64,000 nt of DNA from an uncultured bacterium (GTDB lineage Bacteria > Verrucomicrobiota > Verrucomicrobiia > Limisphaerales > UBA11358). Within the stretch, counting starts at the first letter, position 1. Each line of letters begins with the position of its first letter. The stretch covers positions 837,762 through 901,761 of the forward strand of contig CAVRPQ010000003.1 in the NCBI GenBank assembly GCA_963723125.1. The letters are read 5' to 3'. Shown piece after piece: positions 18,866 to 28,850 of the stretch. Made by a program: the position numbers and the translations under genes. Below the pieces are notes generated by a model. The model did not search any database and was not told the DNA's origin. It saw nothing but the letters and a program-made list of their open reading frames with translations.

Positions 18866-19594
18866 TCATTTTGTGCTTGAGCAGTAAGGAGCGGCATCGC
18901 GTTGAGCCAGTTCCGTGCTGATCGAGTCAATGCCTTCGCCGACCTGCTTCACGGCACTGTCGAAATAACTTGGCCCGGCTTCGATGACGAGACTCTCTAT
19001 GCTGAACTTTGGTTCAAGCCCTTGCGCTTGAAGACGCTTTTCGGTGTCGTAGGCCGAAAGGAATTGTTCGGCAAAAGTGCGGTCACCGAGTCCTACTTCA
19101 ATCGCTGAATTGCCTTCGTCACGGATGACCGGTGCCCAGGCAACGTGTTTCGCCTTGAGCTGGACGGCCTCGCGGGCGGCGATGCGTCCAACCGTTTGCA
19201 GCGTATCCAACGACAAATCCTTTTCGTCGCCGAGACCAATCACCATGAAACGCTTTGCCGGGATTGAACCTTTGGGCGGCGTGAACAGGATGGTTTCACC
19301 AAGTTCTCCGACAAACTCGCCCCGATTTCGCAACGCGGAGAGAATGCCGCCGAGATGCGCGTCGGTGTCTTTTGCCGCGCCCTGATAGGTGTCGCCGGTG
19401 GACTTGTGCTTGAACAGGCAGATGATTTGCAGATCCGCTGCTTCCGAGTAAGGACCAACCATCTTGATGGACAATTGGATGCCCAGCGGCTTCGTGGCAA
19501 AGACGTTCTCTTTCGGAGCAGTCGTCTCCGCAGCCCTTGCGCTGGCGACCACGAACGCCAGCACAAGGCTCAAAGCAATAACCTTTGTTTTCAT
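18866..19594 (-). CDS. Secreted protein; resembles the N-terminal (non-catalytic) domain of M17 leucyl aminopeptidases
   Basis: Signal peptide MKTKVIALSLVLAFVVASARA. GEFVGELGETILFTPP...RFMVIGLG resembles M17_N. No catalytic domain is present. The gene lies 3 nt from the porin gene. Confidence 0.4.
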   Translation of the reverse strand: MKTKVIALSLVLAFVVASARAAETTAPKENVFATKPLGIQLSIKMVGPYSEAADLQIICLFKHKSTGDTYQGAAKDTDAHLGGILSALRNRGEFVGELGETILFTPPKGSIPAKRFMVIGLGDEKDLSLDTLQTVGRIAAREAVQLKAKHVAWAPVIRDEGNSAIEVGLGDRTFAEQFLSAYDTEKRLQAQGLEPKFSIESLVIEAGPSYFDSAVKQVGEGIDSISTELAQRDAAPYCSSTK

Positions 19595-19629
19595 AATAGA
19601 TCGAGGTTAGATGTGAATGCCTGTTCCCA

Positions 19630-20304
19630 TCAGTGCGCTTTCTTGGGCACAATCTGCGGCTTTTGCGCCGACTGCGGTGCGTGGTGAACCATCGTGTAGG
19701 CGTATTCGACGCCGACGCCGTAAGCACCAGCCTGCGGCTTCAACAAGCTCATGAGGTTGTTGTAGTGTTCACGTTTCGCCCAATCACGCTGCCATTCGAG
19801 CAGGGCGGCAATGGTGGTCAATCGCACCGCGCCCGCTTGCACCATGCGCGACAGTGCGGCTTCCTGCGCAGCGGGCGACGTCGCACCGCAGCAATCTTCG
19901 ACGACATAGACGTTGTAACCCGCGCCGAGCATTTCGATGGTCGGCCAGGTGATGCAAACTTCCGTCCACAGTCCGGTCATGAGAATGTTTTTTCGGCCCG
20001 TTGCTTCGATGGCTTTGCGAAAACCCGGGTCGTCCCAGGAATTCATCGAGGAGCGTTCGACGACTGGCTGGCCGGGAAATATATCGAGCAACTGCGGCCA
20101 GATGTAACCGCTGAAACTCTCTGTTTCGACAGCGGTAAGCACGGCGGGCACGTTGAATTCTTTCGCGACCTTGGCGAGAAGCGTGGTGTTGTTGATGATC
20201 GTCGCACGGTCAGAGCTGGCCACGCCGAAGGTCATCTGTGGTTGCTGGTCAATAAACACGATGGCGGAATCTGCCGGCGTGTAGAGTTTGTTGTATTGGT
20301 TCAT
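19630..20304 (-). CDS. Isochorismatase-family (cysteine) hydrolase, YcaC-like
   Basis: From the ATG at 20304: MNQYNKLYTPADSAIVFIDQQ. Motif NILMTGLWTEVCITWPTIEMLGAGYNVYVVEDCCG with the catalytic Cys context. The upstream part of the track ORF looks non-coding. Confidence 0.8.
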   Translation of the reverse strand: MNQYNKLYTPADSAIVFIDQQPQMTFGVASSDRATIINNTTLLAKVAKEFNVPAVLTAVETESFSGYIWPQLLDIFPGQPVVERSSMNSWDDPGFRKAIEATGRKNILMTGLWTEVCITWPTIEMLGAGYNVYVVEDCCGATSPAAQEAALSRMVQAGAVRLTTIAALLEWQRDWAKREHYNNLMSLLKPQAGAYGVGVEYAYTMVHHAPQSAQKPQIVPKKAH

Positions 20305-20338
20305 TGTATTTTCCTTTCTATGGTTTGTTTGTTGTTGG

Positions 20339-21031
20339 TTAATTGAGGTCGAACAGCAGAAAATGCGCTCCCTTTGCCGACGCGAGTCGGATTTCCTTTT
20401 CGTCGTCCAGCGAAGCGCCGTCGCCGGGTGCAAGTTTCGTTCCATTCAAATCCATGTCGCCTTCGATCAACTGGACCCAGGCGTGACGCTGTTCCGCCAG
20501 CGGCTGGTTGATGTTCCCTTTGGGGGTAAGTTTGCCGATGTAGAGGCTGACGTCTTGATTGATTTTGATGGATTTGTTACTGCCATCCGGCGAGCAAACC
20601 AGCGTGAGTGCGTTTGAAGGCGCATCGGCAAATGACTGTTGGGCGTAGCCTGGCTTAAACCCTTTACGGGACGGCAGCAGCCAGATTTGCAGAAAGTGAA
20701 CAAGCTCGGTTGGTGAATTATTGAATTCACTATGCTCAATGCCGGTTCCCGCCGAGATGCGCTGCACCTCGCCAGCCTTCATCACAGCGCTGTGTCCCAT
20801 GCTGTCCTGGTGTTTGAGCGCGCCGCTGATGACGTAACTGATGATTTCAAAATCGCGGTGTGGGTGCGTGCCAAAACCCTGGCCTCCTTGCACTCGGTCT
20901 TCGTTAATCACCCGCAAGCTGCGGAATCCGACGTGCTGCGGGTCGTAATAATCCGCGAAGGAAAAGGTGTGGTGACTGTCCAGCCAGCCGTGATCGGCAT
21001 GGCCACGTTCGTTGGAGCGTCTGATTTTCAT
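20339..21031 (-). CDS. Pirin-family protein
   Basis: From the ATG at 21031: MKIRRSNERGHADHGWLDSHHTFSFADYYDP...GFGTHPHRDFEIISYV, the cupin metal-binding motif of pirins. Confidence 0.85.
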   Translation of the reverse strand: MKIRRSNERGHADHGWLDSHHTFSFADYYDPQHVGFRSLRVINEDRVQGGQGFGTHPHRDFEIISYVISGALKHQDSMGHSAVMKAGEVQRISAGTGIEHSEFNNSPTELVHFLQIWLLPSRKGFKPGYAQQSFADAPSNALTLVCSPDGSNKSIKINQDVSLYIGKLTPKGNINQPLAEQRHAWVQLIEGDMDLNGTKLAPGDGASLDDEKEIRLASAKGAHFLLFDLN

Positions 21032-21085
21032 TATGTTTTTGACTTTGTTTCGAGAGTTGACAGGTTGTCGGATTGCGCTCAAGAG

Positions 21086-21193
21086 TCAGGATTTGATGAA
21101 TGTGAGGATGTCGGCGTTAATCGTGTCGGCCTGCCCCTTGCCCCAATCCTTGTAATAAATTTGAATGCCATCTTTCGTGGTAATCGTGTTCAT
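21086..21193 (-). pseudogene. 35-codon remnant of an alpha/beta-hydrolase (non-haem chloroperoxidase-like) gene
   Basis: MNTITTKDGIQIYYKDWGKGQ matches the characteristic N-terminus of these hydrolases. The sequence then diverges and stops before the HGWP region. Confidence 0.5.
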
Positions 21194-21360
21194 GAATTTA
21201 TTTCCTTTCTTGTCGAAATGTCGGCTGCCCTCTGCGACGCATGTTTTGGAAATATCATGCCGCAATTCTATCAGTTGTTACCGTTCTGAGAATTGGACGA
21301 TGGACGGAGAAGCTTCTCCTACCAAAGTAGGACAGCAGCAAGGAAAGGCAGAAATGAATT

Positions 21361-22029
21361 TTACCGATGGAGCAATCCCCGGCGAGTTGCCACCGCAATT
21401 GCTTCCGTGCGGCTCAACACGTTGAGTTTTCTGAAGACGGATTGAACATGGCTCTTGACCGTGACTTCCGCAATCGCCAAGTCTGCGCCGATCAATTTAT
21501 TTGGTTTTCCTTCGGCAACCAGCCGCAAAACCTCCAGTTCGCGCGGAGTCAATTCTTCCGCAGTCAGCCGTTCGGCAAGTATCGCAGCAACGGCAGGCGG
21601 CACAAACGTCCTGCCGGCGTGAACTTCACGAATGCACTGAAACAGTTCTTCGCGCCTCACGTCCTTGAGCAAATAGGATTTCGCGCCGGCGCGCATTCCC
21701 CGATAAATATCTTCGTCGCCATCAAATGTTGTGAGGACAATAATTCGGGCGTTGGGATCAGCCGCGCGGATTTCGTAAATCGCATTTACGCCGTCGAGGC
21801 TGGGCATCCGCAAATCCATGAGGGTGACATCCGGCCGATGCCGTTTCCAAAGCTCAACCGCCTGACGGCCATCACCGGTTTCGGCCACAACTTCAAAGTC
21901 TTTCTCTTGTTTAACGATGGCAACCAAGCCGTCGCGAACAACGGTGTGATCCTCCGCAATTAGAATTCGGATGCGATTCTTGCTTGCAGCCGCACTTTTC
22001 TTCTCGTCGCTTTTTTTAGCCTTAATCAT
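21361..22029 (-). CDS. NarL/LuxR-family response regulator
   Basis: REC domain (ILIAEDH...DVTLMDLRMPSLDG) plus LuxR HTH (LTPRELEVLRLVAEGKPNKLIGADLAIAEVTVKSHV). Overlaps the kinase gene by 8 nt. Confidence 0.9.
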   Translation of the reverse strand: MIKAKKSDEKKSAAASKNRIRILIAEDHTVVRDGLVAIVKQEKDFEVVAETGDGRQAVELWKRHRPDVTLMDLRMPSLDGVNAIYEIRAADPNARIIVLTTFDGDEDIYRGMRAGAKSYLLKDVRREELFQCIREVHAGRTFVPPAVAAILAERLTAEELTPRELEVLRLVAEGKPNKLIGADLAIAEVTVKSHVQSVFRKLNVLSRTEAIAVATRRGLLHR

Positions 22030-24886
22030 TTCCGTTTTCCGGGTTCAGTGCGGATTGATTTTTCAACATGACAAGGATTTCCGTTCCGACGCCGGGTTTT
22101 GCGCGGATGATGAACTCACCGTTCATTTGCTCAACTCTTTCTTTCATGCCAATCAAACCAAATCCCTCATGCTCCGTATGCGGATCAAAACCGCGACCAT
22201 CGTCCACAAGCTGAAGTTGGATTGTTCTTGCGCTGACGCTCAATGTCGCCTTGAAATTCCGGGCGTCCGCGTGTTTGACGGCATTGGTGAGAGATTCTTG
22301 AGTGATGCGCATCAACCCGTCCTCATATTCCGCAGGGATTGCACGTTCATCACCTTCCGCGCGGAATTCTGCGTTCAAATCAGTGCCTTCCGTCATGCGC
22401 TTGAGCATATTGTCCAAACTCATGAATAATTTGCCATTGCGGAGCGAATGAGGGCGCAGCGCCCGGACGGAACGGCGGGCTTCACCGAGACTTGACCGCG
22501 CGAGTTCTCCGGCGCGCTCGATACGGCTCTCTGCCTCTACAAGATCACCTTCCGTGGTCGCGCCTTTTGCCGCCTCAAGTTGCATGATGACTCCGGTAAA
22601 TCCTTGAGCAAGGGTGTCGTGAATGTCCCGCGCCATGCGGTTGCGTTCCGCCATCACCGCCGTTTGGCGGCTTTGTTGCGACAGACGCATCAATTGAATC
22701 GCGAGCATGGCTTGATGAGAGATCGCACGGGTCAATTCGATTTCCTCTTGTCGAAAGGCGCGCTTCTGATTGAAGCGGATACTGAAAAAACCGATCACTT
22801 TGCCGCCAACCAGCATGGGACTACAGAGCGTTGCTGCCACCCCCAACGTGGAAAGACGTTCGCAGATCTTGAGAACGAGCGGGTTTGCCGCAGAGATGCC
22901 AAAATTATCATGCCACGGGCCGTTTGGGTCTTTCGCAACAAGTATTCGCACAGGATTGGAATCAATCCGGCCATAAACGCAAAAATTGCCATCGCGGAAG
23001 AAATCAGACCAAACCGGATGAGGGCTGGTCGCAAAACCTTCTTGTGGCAATACCTGCATTTCTTCCGGTGTGGGGAGACGCAACCGGTTGTCTTCATAGC
23101 TGGCCACCAAGTCCATGCAACCAATGTTGCGGTTAATCTCCCATGCGCTAATGCTGTGTGCATCCAACTGCTGGCAAATCACGCGCAGCACTTGTTCCAG
23201 AAATTTTTCCGGTTCAGATTCCAGGGAAAGTCTGTCGAGCGTTTTTTTCAGGGCGTCCAATTGACCGCGCGCTAGGAGGTCCGAGGCACGCAAAGCTTCG
23301 GCCGCCTGCTTTCGTTCCGTAACATCCATCACGGTCCCCATCAATCTCAACGCAGTTCCAGTTTCATCCTTCACCGGCTGGGAAATGGTTTCAATGTTCT
23401 TTCTGACACCGTCCGGCAGAATAAAAATATATTCGAGCGGTCTTGGCTCGCCGGTTTCAAAACTCTCGCGCAAACCACGATCAACCGCTTCGCGATCCTC
23501 CGGGCGCACACGCGCCCGGAACTCGCTGTAATGCGGCGAAGGCGGCGGATCAGGAAATCCAAAGATGCGGCAGGTCTCAACGGACCAGTCCGTGTTGCCT
23601 GTATGATAATCCAGAATCCAACTCCCGGTCTTCGTTAACCGCTGGCCTTCGGCAAGATTTTGTTCGCTCTGGCGCAAGCGATTCTCCAGACGTTTTTGCT
23701 CTGTAATGTCGCGCAAAATGACCGTGAATAATATTTCGCCGTCTAAATCCAGTTTGGAAATGGAAGCCTCGGCTGGAAATTCACTTCCATTCTTGCGTCG
23801 GCCAAAGACCGCGCTGCGTTGCGCCATCGAACGGGAAATCTCCGGAGTCTTGGCGAATTTCTCTATATGTGACCGATGTGCTTGGGCGAATCGTTGCGGC
23901 AGGAGAAGGTCGAGCGACTTGCCAATGACTTCGGCCTGGGCATATCCAAAAACCTTCTCCGCACCCTGATTGAACAACAAGATGCGCTGATTCGAATCCA
24001 CAGAAATAATTGCGTCTTCGGCAATTTCAAGAATGCCCTCGAATCGGGCTTTCGCCGCGTGCAGTGTGTCTTCGATTTTTTTCTTTTCTGTGATGTCCAT
24101 GACCGCACCGACAAATTCCAATGCGCCCGCTTGGGTTTTTGCAGGTTGCGCCAAGACGCGGACGTGCTTGACCGAACCGTCCAGCATCAAAAGACGATGT
24201 TCAAAGTCCAAGTTGGCATTGCCGTGAGTCGCGTGATCAAGAGTCTGACGCACAAAAGCGATGTCGTCTGGGTGAATCCGCTTGAACACCAGTTCTAAAG
24301 TCGGCTTGATTGTCCGGTCGTAACCAAGAATACAAAAAGTTTCCTCGGACCAAACAAGCGCTCCGGTTGCAACATTCCAGCCGAAGCTGCCCGTGCGACT
24401 TAATCTTTGCGCTTCCGCCAGATATGCTTCGCTTTGGCGCAATTTGTCTTCGGCTCGGATACGATCGTGAATATCGAGGTCAATGCCCCACCACGCAACA
24501 AGGCGTCCCGATTCGTCGCGCAACGGCGCGACGCGAAACAGAAACCAACGATACTCACCATCGAAACGCCGCATACGCGCTTGGATTTCGCCCGGTTGCC
24601 CGGACGCCACAATAGCACTCCATGTTTCAAAGAGTCCCTGAAAGTCATCAGGGTGAAGTATGTTGGAATCCTTCCAGTTCCACCCGCGAAGCTTCTGCAT
24701 CGTGAACCCCGTGTATTCCAGTCCACGTTGGTTGAGGAATTCAATGGAGCCATCAGGTCCGGCACTCCAAACGAACGCGGGAATCGTATCAATGACAAGT
24801 CGGAGATGATCCGCACTTTGTTGAAATCCTTCCACGGAGCGCTTTCGCTCCGTGACATCCGCAGTCTCGTCTGGGCGTGAATTCAT
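22022..24886 (-). CDS. Multi-PAS/GAF hybrid-input sensor histidine kinase (HisKA_3 class), 954 aa
   Basis: At least three PAS/PAC-like units (for example IPAFVWSAGPDGSIEFLNQRGLEYTGF, WGIDLDIHDRIRAE, VMDITEKKKIE, LRDITEQKRLE). A GAF-like segment. H-box ERNRMARDIHDTLAQGFTG. ATPase LVDDGRGF...GFGLIGMKERV. Confidence 0.85.
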   Translation of the reverse strand: MNSRPDETADVTERKRSVEGFQQSADHLRLVIDTIPAFVWSAGPDGSIEFLNQRGLEYTGFTMQKLRGWNWKDSNILHPDDFQGLFETWSAIVASGQPGEIQARMRRFDGEYRWFLFRVAPLRDESGRLVAWWGIDLDIHDRIRAEDKLRQSEAYLAEAQRLSRTGSFGWNVATGALVWSEETFCILGYDRTIKPTLELVFKRIHPDDIAFVRQTLDHATHGNANLDFEHRLLMLDGSVKHVRVLAQPAKTQAGALEFVGAVMDITEKKKIEDTLHAAKARFEGILEIAEDAIISVDSNQRILLFNQGAEKVFGYAQAEVIGKSLDLLLPQRFAQAHRSHIEKFAKTPEISRSMAQRSAVFGRRKNGSEFPAEASISKLDLDGEILFTVILRDITEQKRLENRLRQSEQNLAEGQRLTKTGSWILDYHTGNTDWSVETCRIFGFPDPPPSPHYSEFRARVRPEDREAVDRGLRESFETGEPRPLEYIFILPDGVRKNIETISQPVKDETGTALRLMGTVMDVTERKQAAEALRASDLLARGQLDALKKTLDRLSLESEPEKFLEQVLRVICQQLDAHSISAWEINRNIGCMDLVASYEDNRLRLPTPEEMQVLPQEGFATSPHPVWSDFFRDGNFCVYGRIDSNPVRILVAKDPNGPWHDNFGISAANPLVLKICERLSTLGVAATLCSPMLVGGKVIGFFSIRFNQKRAFRQEEIELTRAISHQAMLAIQLMRLSQQSRQTAVMAERNRMARDIHDTLAQGFTGVIMQLEAAKGATTEGDLVEAESRIERAGELARSSLGEARRSVRALRPHSLRNGKLFMSLDNMLKRMTEGTDLNAEFRAEGDERAIPAEYEDGLMRITQESLTNAVKHADARNFKATLSVSARTIQLQLVDDGRGFDPHTEHEGFGLIGMKERVEQMNGEFIIRAKPGVGTEILVMLKNQSALNPENGND

Positions 24887-25001
24887 GAAAGATTGTGACT
24901 AGCGTTTGCTCACAAGATAACCTTCGAGCCGGGGCTGATAAAGCATGAATCTCACGAGAATCCTCAACTTGCTTGTGGAATTGTGCAAGCCGACCGTTTG
25001 C

Positions 25002-25358
25002 TCACTTTGAGCCATTTGGAGGCGGCGATTCCTGTGACTTGGCCTCGGTGACGACAATTTCAAGAATCACCGGCTGGCCTTCCGTGATAAGCTTCCGCTG
25101 ATTGTTTGGCAACTTGGCGAGCAGCGACAATTCCATCCGTTGCATGACCGTTTCAATCCGCCGCAAATGATGGCCGCGAATGGAAATCTCGTGCGTGGTG
25201 AAGACGAGCTTGAGGTTTTGCTCGTCGCCGCCGCTGGCGAGTTCCGCAAAGATGAAATGATTGTGCGGCAGCAACAGTGAACGTTCTGGCGTTGCTTCAA
25301 TGCGTAATCCGCGTGCCTGCGGGTCGCTGGCCCAACATTCGGGTGTTTTTGTGCTCAT
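25002..25358 (-). CDS. Hypothetical protein of the mobilisation module (118 aa)
   Basis: ORF from the ATG at 25358 (MSTKTPECWASDP...). It overlaps the 3' end of the relaxase gene by 62 nt in another frame. I recognise no family. Confidence 0.4.
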   Translation of the reverse strand: MSTKTPECWASDPQARGLRIEATPERSLLLPHNHFIFAELASGGDEQNLKLVFTTHEISIRGHHLRRIETVMQRMELSLLAKLPNNQRKLITEGQPVILEIVVTEAKSQESPPPNGSK

Positions 25359-28146
25359 GTTTTTGTATGGTTTGATGTTTTGGTTGATGTTGTTGAGCCA
25401 GATGGAGACGGAATATTCGTTCGGCGGCTCGACGACCGAAGCGAATAAGATAACCGTGCAGACGATTCCAAAGCCGCTGCTGTCCGCGCGGGACAGAGCC
25501 GGCCGCAAATTCCATCGCCAGTGGCCGATGACCGGAGCGGGTGATATTCTCACGAAGTTGCTGCTTGTCCGGCGTGAAGATGCGGATGCCGCGCCGCCCG
25601 CGTGAAATGGTCACATACCATTGTTGGGCGTTGGTTGCCGGCTTGATCGTCGAATCGGAAAACAGGACGTAATCCACGGTTTTGCCTTGTGAACCGTAGG
25701 ACGTGACCGCATAGCCGGGAAGAAATTCACGGAATGATTTGTCCAAGACGCGGCCATCGGTCAGTTCAACTCCGCCATCGGCGCGAACAGATTTTACGGT
25801 GACGAGTTCACCGTTGGTGACGCGCCCGCCGGAAGCCAGCTTGCGATTGGCCTTGAGATGCAGGCGATCCCCTTGAGCGACAGAAATCTCGCGCGCCTGG
25901 CAGACCGTGATACGGTCAAGCAATCGGTTCGAGACCATCACGAATTTTCCGCCAACTTCTACAAGCACGCTCGATTTCAAAATTCCCGCCAGTTTGCCCT
26001 TCGCGCCCGGTTGGGCATTGCGGACTTTCTGATTGAAGACAATGACGGCATCTTGCGGATAGAAACGCATATCGCGCTTCTGGGCGTTGGTGAGGTCCAT
26101 CCTCTCCAGTGCTTGAACAGCCGAGTCAGCCGCGCCAAGCAATCCTTTGCCTTTCAACGCATCACGCACGCGCGAGTTGACGTGATGCACTTCACCCCAA
26201 GTTTGCGAGACGACGACCGCAGAAGCGTTTTGCTCTGTGAGCCGGAGATATTCGTCAGCGAGCTTATCGGCTTGTTCCCCGATGCCACACGCGACAATTG
26301 CGCCCATTTTGTCGAGGCGTTCAAAAGAATCGCCCAACTTGCCAGCCGCAGCGGCTTCAACTGCTTTTCGATACATTCTGATGCGATTGCGTTCCTCGAC
26401 ATCACGACCGAGCGACGGGTCTTGCCGTCGAATCTTGTGCAGTTCAACTGGTTTCACACCGGCATGACGTTCGATGGCAAGCAGGGCATCCGAAGCCTCA
26501 ACTGCGCCGTGTTGCCGGGTGTCGCCGGAGAGAACCAGTCGTCCATGTCGCTCATGGATCAACCGGACAAGCTCCAACATTTGTCGCCCGCCAATCTGTC
26601 CCGCTTCGTCCACCACGATGACGGCGCTGTCAGCCAGTTCACGCTTGATGAGAAAATTGGCGACCGTCGTTGGCGTCGGAAACCCGGCCTTGTCCATTTC
26701 CACGACTTGCTGACGTTGTGGCGCGAGAACAACCACGCCCCGGCCCGACTGCCGCAGTTGCTCCACCAGTTCGCGCAGAACAAAACTTTTGCCCGTTCCC
26801 GCACCGCCGCGAAAAACAGAAACGCCATTTGTCGAACGCAGCAAGGATTCGAGAGCTTGGCGTTGTTCATTGTCGAGTTGCGGATTCGCCGGACGGGGAT
26901 TCGCAACCAGCGGGAGACAATCACCGACGCCATCTTTCGCGGTCTGGACGATTTCCCATTCGCGGAGGAGAACTTCACGCAGGGTCACTTCACCTGGACG
27001 CGCTTCGTCCCGGATATAGCCACGTCGCTGGGTGAATTCCTTGAGATCGGAAACCGAAAAACTTTCACCCCTCGCCCGGCCCAATGCCTCCTGCCACACC
27101 TGACATTCCAACACAACCGAGTTCCGGTCGAACAAATGGTCCTCCGCCCATTGCACGGCCTCATTCACGGACGTGCGATTTTCACTAGACGCAGTTGGCA
27201 TGGGTTGGCCGCAAAGACGGCTGAAGATTTGTCGCTCTTCTCGCGTCAATTGCGACTCCCACAATCCGTTCAATTCGTCACGGCTCAAGTCACGTTGCTT
27301 TCGCGCCCTCTCCGCCGTTGCCAACAACCTGCGCGCGGCCATCACATCGCCGCCGGCAAGCTCCGGTTTTTCGTCCAGCAATTTTGCCATTGCCCGGTCA
27401 ATCTCGGCACGCCGTTTCGAGAATCGTTTGCAAAGTTCGTCCGATACTCCTTCGATTTGGAAATCACCACGCGCGCGGTTTTGAATCTGATACCCGAACC
27501 CCATCAACTCACGAGCGAGTTCGTGATAATAGGCGTTCTCGGCAAACTTTCTGGCACGCAACAGTTCATAATTCTGGAGAGCTTTCCAGCGGTTTTCGAC
27601 TGGATCAAAAGTTGCGTTGAAGACAATGCAGTGGGTGTGGACATGGGGATCGAGGGCGCGTGACGTGTCGTGGGTGAACAGCGCGGCGGCAAAATTACCA
27701 GTCAACCGGTCGGTTTGCGCGCCATCAAGACGAATGCGGGTTGCTGTAAAAGCCTCAAACTCTTGCAAAGCCGAACGCACGGCGCGGGCATGTGCTTGGA
27801 GTATTCGTTCATCTTTGCCGAGAAACGCGGCAAGCGAAACCGACTTTGGCGGTGAGAACGTGAAATCAAAGAAAATCCGCCGGTTGGCCGTGCTTTGGCC
27901 GCTTTCAGTCCGTGTCGTGTTCAGCCGCTGTGTCAACGTCTCCCCGGAAGATGGATGCTGATTTTCACACAGCCGCAGGAATTCCTCTGCTCGGACTTTA
28001 CCGGACAGTCCAAGTTTTTCCGCGCCCAATCCAATCCATTCGCCAGACACTCGTTGGCCTTCATCGTAATAATCACCGACGCAAAGATGTTCTTTGAAAT
28101 ATTCTTCGGCATTTTTGAGGTTGTATTGAGTCTTGGCCGTGACCAT
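25297..28146 (-). CDS. MobF-family conjugative relaxase (TrwC/TraA-like) with a C-terminal RecD-like helicase, 949 aa, intact
   Basis: Relaxase histidine triad HDTSRALDPHVHTHC. N-terminal EYFKEHLCVGDYYDEG...GEWIGLGAEKLGLSG. Helicase Walker A FRGGAGTGKS. C-terminal VTSYGSQGKTVD. Confidence 0.9.
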   Translation of the reverse strand: MVTAKTQYNLKNAEEYFKEHLCVGDYYDEGQRVSGEWIGLGAEKLGLSGKVRAEEFLRLCENQHPSSGETLTQRLNTTRTESGQSTANRRIFFDFTFSPPKSVSLAAFLGKDERILQAHARAVRSALQEFEAFTATRIRLDGAQTDRLTGNFAAALFTHDTSRALDPHVHTHCIVFNATFDPVENRWKALQNYELLRARKFAENAYYHELARELMGFGYQIQNRARGDFQIEGVSDELCKRFSKRRAEIDRAMAKLLDEKPELAGGDVMAARRLLATAERARKQRDLSRDELNGLWESQLTREERQIFSRLCGQPMPTASSENRTSVNEAVQWAEDHLFDRNSVVLECQVWQEALGRARGESFSVSDLKEFTQRRGYIRDEARPGEVTLREVLLREWEIVQTAKDGVGDCLPLVANPRPANPQLDNEQRQALESLLRSTNGVSVFRGGAGTGKSFVLRELVEQLRQSGRGVVVLAPQRQQVVEMDKAGFPTPTTVANFLIKRELADSAVIVVDEAGQIGGRQMLELVRLIHERHGRLVLSGDTRQHGAVEASDALLAIERHAGVKPVELHKIRRQDPSLGRDVEERNRIRMYRKAVEAAAAGKLGDSFERLDKMGAIVACGIGEQADKLADEYLRLTEQNASAVVVSQTWGEVHHVNSRVRDALKGKGLLGAADSAVQALERMDLTNAQKRDMRFYPQDAVIVFNQKVRNAQPGAKGKLAGILKSSVLVEVGGKFVMVSNRLLDRITVCQAREISVAQGDRLHLKANRKLASGGRVTNGELVTVKSVRADGGVELTDGRVLDKSFREFLPGYAVTSYGSQGKTVDYVLFSDSTIKPATNAQQWYVTISRGRRGIRIFTPDKQQLRENITRSGHRPLAMEFAAGSVPRGQQRLWNRLHGYLIRFGRRAAERIFRLHLAQQHQPKHQTIQKHEHKNTRMLGQRPAGTRITH

Positions 28147-28228
28147 GCAACGGACATTATCAGGACTCTCCGCGCATCATGTGTCGCTGATACATCTTCG
28201 CGCACTTGATTTCTGGTGAACTGTCGCC

Positions 28229-28507
28229 ATGAAAACGAGCGCAACTCTGAAGCCCGGCAAGCAACTGTGGGGAATATACCACACCGACCGTGAATACGCC
28301 CGTGAGTTGGGTGATCCACTTCGCACGGTCGTTGAAGCGCCCAACAAACTCATCGCCGAGGAAACCGCCGCGCGACTTGGATTTGGTGATCCGTGGGCGC
28401 ATCCAGTCAATTCCCTAAAAGCAAGGCACGCACAGTGGCTTCACAAACGTCGCCAGGGACACCGGCAAGAACTCGCACACAAACCATCTCAAGGCATCCA
28501 CATCTAA
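28229..28507 (+). CDS. Hypothetical small protein (92 aa)
   Basis: ORF divergent from the relaxase gene. No recognisable motif. Confidence 0.35.
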   Translation: MKTSATLKPGKQLWGIYHTDREYARELGDPLRTVVEAPNKLIAEETAARLGFGDPWAHPVNSLKARHAQWLHKRRQGHRQELAHKPSQGIHI

Positions 28508-28509
28508 TT

Positions 28510-28764
28510 ATGCAAACACCAACCACCGCACAAATCCGAACCGCCATCGAGGTGCTAAAAAAACTAGGCGAACGTATCAATACCCACGCCGGAGATTCCG
28601 TGATGCAATTATCGGAAACTGCAAACGGTGCTCACCACGCCGGGCAAATTGAAGTGGGAGCGATTGAACAAACCGCCCGCATTGAAGCCGTCGCCAATCA
28701 ATTGAAGCAATGGCGAGACGAGTTGGGCCAGGATCGGAGGCAATGTGTTTCTCATCATGTTTAA
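28510..28764 (+). CDS. Hypothetical small protein (84 aa)
   Basis: The ATG at 28510 lies 2 nt after the previous stop (MQTPTTAQIRTAIEVLKKLGE...). Predicted helical; no recognisable family. Confidence 0.35.
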   Translation: MQTPTTAQIRTAIEVLKKLGERINTHAGDSVMQLSETANGAHHAGQIEVGAIEQTARIEAVANQLKQWRDELGQDRRQCVSHHV

Positions 28765-28850
28765 GACAAGGCACGCGTTACCCCTTGATTTCTCAAGGAC
28801 TTCAGTCCGCGCGCTAGTCGCGGCAGATGCTCGACATAGTCTCACAATAT

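Noticed and set aside
25010-25035. TGGAGGCGGCGATTCC as the second (attR) copy of the tRNA-Cys-like core at 32156-32176.
   Set aside because: Only about 8 contiguous nucleotides (TGGAGGCG) match, and it lies inside the 25002-25358 ORF. This is too weak to call.
25858-27663. 601-aa ORF on the plus strand opposite the MobF relaxase. The 375-aa minus-strand ORF at 36961-38088, opposite relaxase 2, is the same kind of case.
   Set aside because: Both lie antisense to strongly supported genes. Their translations are Arg/Leu/Pro-rich with no motifs. These are the usual shadow ORFs of GC-rich coding DNA.
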